From Trypethelium eluteriae (Eukaryota), in assembly GCA_051942245.1 (NCBI GenBank), contig JAVECL010000023.1, forward strand, positions 62,001 to 97,314: 35,314 nucleotides of DNA. The letters run 5' to 3'. The translations under genes and the position numbers were made by a program. Shown here piece after piece: positions 22,767 to 32,964 of the stretch (the stretch's first letter is position 1; each line of letters starts with the position of its first letter). The notes beneath the pieces are model-generated. The model did not search any database. It had not been told where the DNA came from and saw only the letters and a list, made by a program, of their open reading frames with translations.

Positions 22767-24453
22767 TTATATTTCAACTGTCTTCATTTCCTCGCCATCA
22801 GTCTTCGCACCCTCTTCTGGAACCTTCTCAGTCGTGGTTGCACCTGTCTTCGATATGTTTTCCTTGTTGAGCCCCTCCACACCACCTGCAAGCTTCCCGT
22901 TTGGCAAGGGCGCAAATTTCGAAAAGTCACCACTGGCTCGTGGGGTGTCAACGGAAACGAGCTTCTCCGTGGCAGAATTCTTGCGGATGGCATCACTCTG
23001 CGTCTGCAACTTGAGGGGTGCAGCGGATTCCTCGGTGACACGAGCAAGTGGGCTGGAGAGGTGTGGTCTCGGACTTGGGTTTTTTGCACTGCCTGGGGGT
23101 GCAAATCTCGACGGGCTTCGGCCACGGTCCGGCCCCGCAGAAACCGGACTGGAATAAGGGGAGCCGCCAGCCTGGCCTCCAGCGACATTCGCATTAATGT
23201 GTAACCCACCCGGTGGGGGGCCTTTTCTCTTGGACGGAGGGCTGCCGCCGCTCGGCACCTTTCTACCATATTTCTGATCGGACCTCCATCTGAGAATGTC
23301 CATGTATGCAGGTTCAACAGCCTGATTCTTGAATTCTCGCAGCTTCAACTCCTTGCTCTCCTCATCCACCCACCATTTATCAGTGCTGAGATCATCGGCA
23401 AGCGTGGCCAGAAATGAGGCCCACGATCGCGAGATAACGTATTTGCAGTCGTAGTCGCGTCCCATCAAAATGACCTGACCCCATTTTCCAGTCGGGCCAG
23501 GGGCAAGGTCAACGGCAATGTTGTTACCACCCCAGTCGCGAGCAAGCGGTATCCACGCAGGGTGAGCGTAAGCTTTTTGCACCGCATTAGGCGGCTGCGA
23601 GTCTTGCTTGGCTAGTAACTGTTCCCGCCAAAAGGCATTAGCACCCTGCTGTGGAGCATTTGTCGTTGGTGAAGATGATGATTCGGCACCTGCGAAAGCT
23701 TTAAGCGGAGCCTGTGGTTCGGTGTAATTGTTCGGCCGCGAGGCCGCGAGGAACTCTTCATTTACAATGCGCCAGTTGTTCCATTCCTGGACAACCTCCT
23801 CACAATCCAGCAGCATGCAGCCGAAAATTAGGCCAGTCGGCCGACCTCCCCGTTCTTGTCCGTCGTGTATTTGGATAGAGTCTCGAACATCTTGCGGGAG
23901 AGTGCAGTCAAGTTCATGTTCGAGCTCAATGATGTCATTCTGTGTCGCCCCTTCGCAGATATTCTCAAACAGCTCCTCGTAGTTGTCTTCGGCCCAGCCG
24001 TCAATTCGCTTCCACGTATGACTGACGGGAGGAGGAGGTGGGAGACCGTCTTGGAAGTTTGACATTTGTATCTCAGCCGATTGGGCGTCGTCGTTCGTCT
24101 TCTGCCGCGAAAGTGACGATCTCATGCCAGGCGAATAGGGTGTCGGCGGTGACAAGGGTGCGGAGCTTTGGGCAAAGCCAGTCGCAGAGTCCGGCTCTTG
24201 GGCGTAAGAAGAGTTGAGATTGACGGTGGACTCGACAGCATTAGTAGCGACAGATGTCAGGGTTGCATGACGACTTTGAGATAGAGGGACATGTTGACCG
24301 GTGCGAAAAGGGGAATCGGGGGTTGCATGGCGGTCGCGAGAGGTGATGGTGTGCCAGAGTGAGCGCCATGTTGAAGCGAGTGTGCTGCATCCTAGAATTA
24401 GAAGAGTTCAATTGTGCGATAGCCAGAGATTTCCATTCTTACTTGGGTGCCAT
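22767..24453 (-). CDS. SMI1: Smi1/Knr4 (GS-1) glucan synthesis and cell-wall assembly regulator, 542 aa
   Basis: Exon 1 24453-24443 (ATG GCA CCC AA), intron 24442-24385 (GTAAGA..CTAAT..CAG), exon 2 24384-22767. N-terminus MAPNTLASTWRSLWHTITSRDRHATPDSPFRTG; SMI1/KNR4 motifs LPQDVRDSIQIHDGQE and HPAWIPLARDWGGNNIAVDLAPGPTGKWGQVI. Confidence 0.95.
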
Positions 24454-26243
24454 CGTCGGCCCTAGAGGGGAGACTTGGGCAGTCAGTTTGAAGGATTGAG
24501 CTGCAGCCGTGACCTGCTCTGAGGAGAGCAGACAGGCGGCTGACTTTACAGAAGGACGGGTTGGGCAGGGGGGAAAAATTTGGTCGTGGCGTAGAGGAGT
24601 GGCAGAGACAGGCGAGAGGGCAGTAACGAATGTGCTTGGTGGTGGTGGAAGAAGGTCAGACTCGGCCTTCTAGAAGACTCAAAAGGGATGTCACTACGGA
24701 GGGCCAAGGAGAGGCGGCGGGCCAGGCGAGCAATGATCGACGCGCCGCGCAAAGCTGCAATCAAAACAAGGAACCAACTCCCACCGCAGATGTTCAGAGG
24801 CGACAATTATGATTGATGATTATTATTGTCTCCCAGCAATACTTGCTACGATTGTCCGATCTCCTACGGCTCACAGCCATGCGTAACGCTCCCCTCAAGC
24901 TCCGCGTCTTCTGACCGCCCCATTATGCATTTCTGGGGGGCAAGTCTCTAACAGACGCGTCGTGCTCCACTAAGGAAGAGATAAGCTTGCGTCCTTTGTA
25001 CTCCGTACGGCTACCTCCGTCATCAGTATTGGTCAATCAGCCGGCACTGCAGTGTCGTCTTCGCGCCTTGCTTGTCTCGAAAAGGCCTTTATTCAGGTGC
25101 AGTGTTCATTGCTGCAAATATATCTCGGCTACGATCGACTACACAGCATCGCCCATCGAATGGATCAGCGAGACGACCTTCAGGGTTTACACCAGCGGCA
25201 AACTTGATCCCTGGGCGTGGAAAACGGTCTTTGGTAGGCTGCAGACGCCACGGCCCTGTTTTATGCATGCTCAACGCCACTTGCTCAGCAGTGCCTCACG
25301 TTTCAGGTCCTTTTGAGGTTCTTGACCACTTGACCGTTAGTCTGATGGCTTTTTTTTGCGAATGATGCCATGGCTTGGTGTCACAATGGCTGCTCAACGG
25401 TGACCCTTTAAGTCTAGGGTCAGTGCTAAACCATGGCCGTTGTGTTTCATCTTGTCAGGGGTATTCCGTCCAGATGACGTCGAAATCCTGGGTAACTTAG
25501 ACTCACCCAGTGGTGCAGCCTGCGCCTACCCACTCCAATTGTCCACTTTATGGCTTGGGGTCTCGGGGGTCCGGTGTGTTATTATTATCACTTCATTCCA
25601 GCATCGCATCCTTCAAATGGATGCGACCAAGGACGGCGTGCTCGTATACTTTTCCGAACGACGAACAATGGGACGTTTTCCCCGTGTTCCTGGGGACGTT
25701 CCTGTCCGTGTCCCCAATCTGGCGTGCCTGGCTCGCACCGCCCATGTGCATGTCAAGCTAGCACACGCCTAGTATTTACGGTTACCCGTGCCTCAGACCA
25801 CATCGCTCGCGAAGAAAGCTTCGTTGCGGGAGATTGCCAAATACAGAGAATTAGCGGATTCAATGGTTCAAGACACAGGCGGCCAAGGCTCGGGCCCTGG
25901 ATCCAGCGAGGCCTCTCAAAGCTTATTCATCACGATAAACAGAAGGAGGATACCTTATATACAGGTAGAAATCTCTCCTTGAAAATTTTGCTACTTCTTA
26001 TCTCAATCAAGTTTTCCGGACTTACAGAAACGTCACTAAAGAGTGTAGCTAGATTGTAGCTGACAGTTGAAAACCATGTCTCCAGCGATTTCGGCTTTGC
26101 CTTCTCGGTTGTCATCTATTTCTGAAGATGCTGAGGAGGAACTTGAAGTAGAAGATGTCGATGAAACTGATGAGGCGGCCCGCTGTAGTCGTGCTTGCAG
26201 GCCTCGCAGTTGATCTGGGCTGTAAGGTAAACTTCCTTCTCAT

Positions 26244-27356
26244 TTAGAGTATCAAGCCTGGGGTACCATTCACATTCTGAATGACTATCCATAGGATCTT
26301 TGTCGCTACCTTTGTCTCCTTTTCATCGACTTTCTCCCAATCCCTGTCTTCAACTGCCTTTGCTCTTCTCTTCATCATCTTCCTCATCTGCTTCCTTTCC
26401 GTCTTTTTCGCCTGTCTTGTGCCTAACTTCTTTCAGAGCTTGTTCGGCATCTCCGCTGGCGGCACATTAGAGGTTAACGGCTCTACGTATCCTTCCAATG
26501 CCCGCAACCTTCGCATCCTCGGATCAGCTAGCTGCACCTCAGTCCCAAATCGAGCGTTCGCGTCGCCTGCCGCCCTTGCCTCTTGCCATTTCCGTACCAC
26601 CTATCTCGTTCAATGGTGGCAGTCTCAACTGTCCAGTAAACTCGGGATCCGGATAGCGCACTGCCTCTATCATGCCCGTCGTCTTCATGATCATCGCCTT
26701 CAAACCCCTTGGTGCAAACAGCTTCTTGTTCGCAATCTTCATGTAGTTCTTTACTCGGGCGTGACTCACGGCCGTGCTGCCCATTCCACTTGCAACTTGC
26801 AGACTAAGTCTGGCCCACATGAGGGGTGGCAGGGGAACCATAGTCAAGGCGTTACCGGTCATTTGGCCAACTTGGAAGGCCGGGTGACTAATGAAGGTCT
26901 CATTGAGCCCGTCAACAAAGTCGAGGAATTCCTGAGGCGAGATAGGATCGTTGAGTTGGCTGAGATGAGGACAGTATGCGCGAGCGAATAATGAGGCGTA
27001 CGCGCCACCGTCAATGAGGCCCACTTTGGTTGTTTCTGGAGGATCATGGTAAGTTCTAAGGAGCAGGAGAAGGAACGTTCCCCCAGATGCGGCTTACGTG
27101 GTACGACGATTGGTTTAGTCAGAACGTACTGCGAAGTGCTTCGGGGTGCTGAACAGGAGCTAGAAGATTGAATAGAAACAGCTTCGAGAGAATATGGTGG
27201 CGGAGGTTCAATAGATTCAGGGGCATCAGTCACTGATGAAATAGGCCGTTTGGTGTCCCTCGCCTCACTGTTACTGAGTGGTGCGAGTTGCGCTGCCGTA
27301 GGCACATCGGCTTTAGACTCCGAGTCGTACATTTCTTGGATGGGTACGTGTCTCAT
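26244..27356 (-). pseudogene. Disrupted gene of an uncharacterised fungal family (BuaE-like, by recollection)
   Basis: Exon 27356-27098, intron 27097-27036, then KPIVVPQ...FARAYCPHL...FLDFVDGLN...LFAPRGL...LRLPPL. The family-like continuation DPRMRRLRALEGYVEPL...KETKVATKILWIVIQ is in another frame (shift at about 26530-26600) and contains an in-frame TGA at 26435-26433 before the final TAA at 26246-26244. Confidence 0.7.
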
Positions 27357-27886
27357 AATGAAGTCGGAGGACAAATACTGAACGATTCAAAACGCAGACG
27401 GATTCCGTCACGATTATGCGATCCTACAACAGTCGAGGTGAAAGATTGCGCTGAAGACTTTTAGAAAGGTGCGATCAGAAAAGACTACATATGGTATCCA
27501 CTACTAGAGTAGTACACTTGCCCAGAAGAGCTAAAAGCACGACGAGAGCTATGCAAGAATGAGGCTCAGCCTCGTGAAGTACGTAGGATGTCCGACTGTT
27601 GACGCCAGGATCCAACCGATTTCATGTTCTTCCAGCTCCCGCACGTCCCCTTCCTTGTCGCTAAGCGATGGAGCTTGGGCAAGCTTGGTTAGATCCACGA
27701 TCGGATTCGCGTCGTTATAGGACGGTGAGACTAGGTACCAACGCCGCCCCTTCCGCGAGCCACTATGTCACTACTACGGTCATCCTCAGGCGTGTGATGA
27801 ATCGAGAGCAGGTCGATGAAGCTTCAATCCGATGCCATCTACGCAAAGTGACTGACTTAAAGCATCTGCATGGAGATGGGCCCTGA

Positions 27887-29482
27887 ATGGCAGGTAAGCT
27901 AAGCACCGGCTGCCGTACGTGTGTTAAGCGAAGGGTGAAATGCGATGAGACCAGGCCAGCGTGCTTGAGATGCGCCAAGGGCAAGAGAACGTGTTCCGGA
28001 TATCCAGCTCAGTCCATTTTCCGACATATAGTATTCGTCGGGAGTCCGTCTGAGGGATACCCTGCCCAGACTGAGTCAACATTACAAGAAAAGGGCCATC
28101 CCCTTCCTACATCTACTTCCCTGCAGCTACGGAAAAAGCCTCCAAACGGAGTGTCAGAATTCAACTACCAAGCCAGCGTCCCTCGAAATCTTTCCCTTGC
28201 TGGTTTCGCAAATGATCTCTACTGCTCGTTTCTCATTAACTCGTACTGGGCAAGCAGTGCAAGCGACGACTATGCAGCGACAAATCGAACATGGTTCATT
28301 GCATGTCTCACCAAAGGTCGTGCTCATCCGACGTCTTATCTTGCATTGCAAGCCCTTGCTATGGCGTACTTTGGGCGCAAACACCACCAGCACCAGATCG
28401 TTTTTAACAGCAGTGCGCTCTATGGTCGAGCTCTCCGCGCTCTATCCGGAGATATCCAGAATCCCGATAAGGTGCGCTCCTTCGATACCTTGGCAGCGGT
28501 GACGAGCCTTTCTCTCTTCGAATACTGTGCAAGCACTACCCCGACTGCCCACATTCGGCATACCTCTGCCCTCAGTCACATCGTCGAACTTCGGGGGCCG
28601 GCCTCCTTCACAAAATACCCCGAAAAAGCCATTCTACAAACCCAGCGCATCCTCATTCTGATCCAAGCCCTCGCACTACGCAAACGAAGCTTTCTTGGCA
28701 ATCCAGAATGGCTGGCCTTACACGACGAAGATCCCCCCGATGTTCTACCACTGGATCCACTGGATGCTCCCTTGACTTCACTCGTAGCCATCTTCGCCAT
28801 TCTCCCCGGCGTTGTTGAAGACATCGAGACCATCCACCAACAGCGTATCTCCGCCTCCATCGGCTGTGGAACCGTGGACAAAAGTTTATTCAGTACTACC
28901 GCCGAATCCATGACTTCCGTCCTCTCCTCTCTCCACGACTGGCGCCAAACCAACTCCTCCGTCTTCTCCATTCACTGCTGGGAAACACCTAGCCCCGGTT
29001 TGAGCTGCGATTCCAACGGTTCCATCTTCCCCACCGTCTTCTGGTACACCAGCCTCGAAGCAGCGAACCTGGTCATGCTCTATACCGCCCTCCGGCTCAT
29101 CGCCACCGAGCAGTCCCACATCCTTCACAACCCGAGCTACAGCACTAGCATACCCGCCTACCTCTCTGCCCATTACTGCAAGACCCAGGCCTTTGAGGAT
29201 CACCTTCCTACTGTGGTGCCCCTCGCTCAAACCATCATGCGCAGCGTCGAGTATCATCTTCAGCCCGCGCACACGAACTCTGGGGCCTTCTACATCATGT
29301 TTCCTGCCCGGCTGGCCTATATGGCGCTTAGAAGGGAGAGGCGCGAATGTGTCTGGTTGAGACGCGTGATTGAGCAGGTTGCGGATCAGGGAGGGTTAGA
29401 GATCGCAAGGGAGATTCTGGGGGATGACTTATTAGAGGCTGCGAGACGAGAGGGGGGGAGTAGGATGCTGGAACTTGCGTAG
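27887..29482 (+). CDS. Zn(II)2Cys6 transcription factor with Fungal_trans_2-type middle region, 531 aa
   Basis: CRTCVKRRVKCDETRPACLRCAKGKRTC fits CX2CX6CX6CX2CX6C. Later ALAMAYFG...LYGRALRAL...H...LRGP...RKRSFL..PEW is typical of this class. Single exon. Confidence 0.93.
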   Translation: MAGKLSTGCRTCVKRRVKCDETRPACLRCAKGKRTCSGYPAQSIFRHIVFVGSPSEGYPAQTESTLQEKGHPLPTSTSLQLRKKPPNGVSEFNYQASVPRNLSLAGFANDLYCSFLINSYWASSASDDYAATNRTWFIACLTKGRAHPTSYLALQALAMAYFGRKHHQHQIVFNSSALYGRALRALSGDIQNPDKVRSFDTLAAVTSLSLFEYCASTTPTAHIRHTSALSHIVELRGPASFTKYPEKAILQTQRILILIQALALRKRSFLGNPEWLALHDEDPPDVLPLDPLDAPLTSLVAIFAILPGVVEDIETIHQQRISASIGCGTVDKSLFSTTAESMTSVLSSLHDWRQTNSSVFSIHCWETPSPGLSCDSNGSIFPTVFWYTSLEAANLVMLYTALRLIATEQSHILHNPSYSTSIPAYLSAHYCKTQAFEDHLPTVVPLAQTIMRSVEYHLQPAHTNSGAFYIMFPARLAYMALRRERRECVWLRRVIEQVADQGGLEIAREILGDDLLEAARREGGSRMLELA

Positions 29483-31252
29483 GAATGAAAATAGAAAAGG
29501 TAGAGTATGGGATGTAGAAAAAGGCATATTATTCTAGGGTAAAATTTTGATGGTGGGGCAGTAGGAGGTAAAGCCCAGCGGGAGAATTGACTAGACAGGC
29601 AGAATACAAGGAATTAGAGGTTTCGTTGATGCCGTGTTTCGGGCATTCTATACTAAAGTCTTCCACGACAAGTAGATTAGAGCGTCAGGTGTTCAAGTGG
29701 TTGGTGGGATGTTCCAAGGTTAACATTTGGCTTTTTAAGATGTCTGAAATGAGCGCTGGCTAGGGATACAGGGGCAACTAGAACTTACTCACAGGGCATT
29801 CGGACTTAGGAGAGCGAAGAGTGGGTTTGAATCGCTTTGGTTACGAACGAAGACATTTTTAGAAGGCTAGTCGAATCTCGCCTTTACCACTCATTCCCCT
29901 ACTGCGTTCACAAGCAGTGAAGCTCTGTCCCACGACGGTTTCACAGGGTTATCGTATGTGTTATTACTCCATTCATTGCTGCCTCTTGCCCTTCGAAGCT
30001 CTCCACATCTTGATTGATGCAATCCCCGCTTGCAAACTTCAAGGCTGAAGTACGTCAAACAAATTCCTATCAGGCTGGGAATAGACATCACCACAAATTT
30101 ACGGAGGAGGGCATACGGCTGAATGCCATTATTTGCAGTGCCTCCAGGCCCGCTCCATGCCCTAAGGAGAGAAGCTTTCTTCAGCACGATAATTCTACTT
30201 GTGAAAATATCGGCAAGATCAGCGGCAATCGTCGGGGGTACTCTAAAGAATCTTTCCAAATTAACACACATGCCTCACAGCCTAGTCACTGCTTTTTTTT
30301 TTTTCAACAGTGGTCCGATAGAGTAGACGTTGATAAGAAGATAAATAAGGCATCAATGAGTTGACCCTACTAAGTACGGAATACTCTACCTGACCTAAGG
30401 TACCTTAAGTAATAATAGGTGCATAATTGACTGCCGTCTGTGCCGCTTTTAGCCGTTACCCCTGAATTTTCGGGCCGACTAAGCGTACATACATACTAAC
30501 CTTCATCATCTGGAGTTTGAACAATAATAATGCTGATACAGACCTTATTCCTCGTGCCTCCTCTTCGGCAGCTAGTATCGATGGAAGATCTCAATTATGT
30601 TTCATATAATGCCCTTTTGGGCACTACAAACGCGTTAGCCTCGGAAGTAGCTTGAAAATAGCGAACTCAGGCGCGGATTATCCGAGTTCTCGAATCAAAT
30701 GTAGGTATGTACTACTACAGAGTGAACAGCGAGCACTAGTTCGGTAACGACGTCATGGCTTCACGTACAATATCCTCGAGGCAATTAGATCTATCATCTA
30801 TCTCGAAAATTGTCTCTTCATACCTCGTAGAATTCGTTCTCAATCATCGCGGATGCCTCCTTCACTCATGAAGGATTTGTAGTGATTTGATACTTGAACT
30901 CGATAGTGATTGGGCTGACGGGCACTGTCAAGCTATCCTACTTTAGGCAACGTGGACATCAAGAGAACAACATCAGCAGGAGCATCTTTCTTAAAAATAT
31001 AGATTTAAATTTGAGGAACGTTCGATAGCCACAATGGCCTATACGAGATCAGGATTTCTGGCACAGGAAATGTACTCAATTGCTAGGTATCTGATGTCTA
31101 ACGCTATGCAAAGGAAACTCTCCTTTTGACATCAATCTACCAGATGGTCCCAGAATCTAGTTCCGATACCCCAGCAACATTATTTCAGCATCTATAGGCG
31201 ACAAACTCCTAATATACTGTCAAGGTTGCCGTGGCGCACGAAGAATAGACAA

Positions 31253-32716
31253 ATGACTACGATGCTAGACTCAGACATCTTCCACAATGTCTTCAATACT
31301 GCTGAAACCTCGAAGATTTGGTCTGACGAAACGCGAACGTCATATTATCTGGACTTCGAAGCTGCGCTCGCAACGGTGCAGGCTCGTCTGAACATTATCC
31401 CACAAAAGGCAGCGGACGAGATTGCTAAAGTTTGCAAGTGGGAGGAGATTGATGTTGAGCAGCTACGCAAGAAGACCGAGCTTATTGGATACCCAGTCCT
31501 CCCAGTTGTTCAGCAATTGGTTAAGAAGGTGAACATGGTGGAGGATCGCTTGGGAGAATGGACGCACTGGGGAGCTACCACGCAAGTCCGTAGGGACAGT
31601 CGATAGCTCAAATCGCCTCTCTGACTTGAGTATCAGGACCTTACAGACACGGCAACGGTACTGCAGCTACGAGACACTCTGGATATTGTGGACCGTAAGA
31701 TAGCCGCCATCGTAGCAGCATTAGAAAAGCTCTGCGAGAAATACAGAACAGCCCCGATGGCAGCCCGTAGTAATCTCCAGCAGGCCGTACCCATATCATT
31801 TGGTTTCAAAGCAGCTCGTCTCCTAGCAAGTTTCCAACGCCATCAAGCTCGCCTTCGCGATCTCCGGCCCCGTCTGCTTGTCCTCGAATTTAGCGGTGCG
31901 GCTGGTACGCTCGCCACGCTGTCTCCTACATCGGCATTTGGCCCAGCTCCTCCACCGCGCTCTCCCTCAGAAGACAAACCTCTTGGTCTCCGCTGCCAAG
32001 ATCTTCTCGCTGCTGAACTCGGGCTCCGCGTGCCACTGATAGCCTGGCATACAGAGCGAGACTCCATCGCCGAAATTGGCAATGCCTTTGCCATCCTCAC
32101 GGCCACATGCGCCAAGTTCGCGACCGACCTGAAACTTATGATGCAGACTGAAGTAGGTGAGGCTCGCGAGCCGTATGTCGCGCATCGGGGGAGCTCGAGC
32201 ACGATGCCACAGAAGCGGAATCCCATCGGCTGTGCGTATATCTGCGCCATGTCCTCATCGGTGCGAAGTATGGCGAACGGACTAGTGGAGGCGGTAGTGG
32301 CAGATCATGAACGGAGTACTGGCCCCTGGGAAATTGAGTGGATTATGCTGCCACAGGTATGCTGTCTTACGGTCGCGATACTTGCGCATACTCAGTATTT
32401 GCTAGAAGGACTGGAGGTTGACGAGGATGCCATGAGGAAGAACTTGGCGATGACGAGGGGAAAAGTGGTGAGCGAAGCAGTCATGATGGGATTAGGAAAG
32501 AAGTTAGGGAGACAATACGCGCATGACTTGGTATACGAAGTTTGCAGAAAGGCAGATGTAGACGGAAGACCGTTGGTAGATTTGCTACTGGAGAATGAGA
32601 AGATCGAGAATTCCGGGGTGGGCGAAGAAGAAATCAGGAGTCTGTGTGATCCAGGAAACTACTTAGGACTGAGTGCCGAGATGGTAGACTTGGTTGTGAA
32701 GAACAGACAGCGTTGA
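31253..32716 (+). CDS. Fumarase/aspartase-superfamily lyase, PcaB (3-carboxy-cis,cis-muconate cycloisomerase) / Tad1-like, 470 aa
   Basis: Exons 31253-31585 and 31637-32716, intron GTCCGT..CTGAC..CAG. Motifs HWGATTQD, PMAARSNLQQAVP, GAAG, the signature GSSSTMPQKRNP and DHERSTGPW. Exact substrate not determinable from sequence. Confidence 0.9.
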
Positions 32717-32964
32717 GAAATCGAATCGAAAGATGGCGGGCAGAAAGACTTAGTCCTGGTCTTTGGCAGTCTATTGCTACCCACATTGATACACTGGTTG
32801 ACTATCAGATATATGGTGGAAATTCCCAAATCAGCTCCAGCTCTCAAAGGGGCAATCCGCTCGGAGAGGGAAAAAAAACCTTGACCGCACGCAGGACGTC
32901 ACTGCCCCTCCACGACTGCCCCTCAACGCCAGATTTTTTTTACACTCTTCAGAACGCCATCAAG

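Noticed and set aside
24546..26059. Cluster of ORFs including the 169-aa 25550-26059 ORF
   Set aside because: No family motif, overlapping frames of similar length; treated as SMI1 upstream region and intergenic DNA.
26039..26236. Ser-rich minus-strand reading (LPYSPDQLRGLQARLQRAASSVSS...) downstream of the BuaE-like stop
   Set aside because: Different frame, no start or convincing splice link; may be a decayed tail but cannot be supported.
26281..26991. 236-aa plus-strand ORF with a hydrophobic Phe/Leu-rich start
   Set aside because: Antisense shadow of the Lys/Glu/Arg-rich end of the BuaE-like gene; no independent motif.
29891..30271. Minus-strand ORF containing LADIFTS, reminiscent of the Ty1/copia RNase H ADxxTK motif
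   Set aside because: Only a few residues match, the Lys is missing, and no RT, integrase or LTR sequence is visible nearby.
30396..30407. 12-bp perfect palindrome TAAGGTACCTTA
   Set aside because: A few palindromes of this length are expected by chance in 35 kb, and GGTACC/ACCT-rich tracts are common in these intergenic regions.
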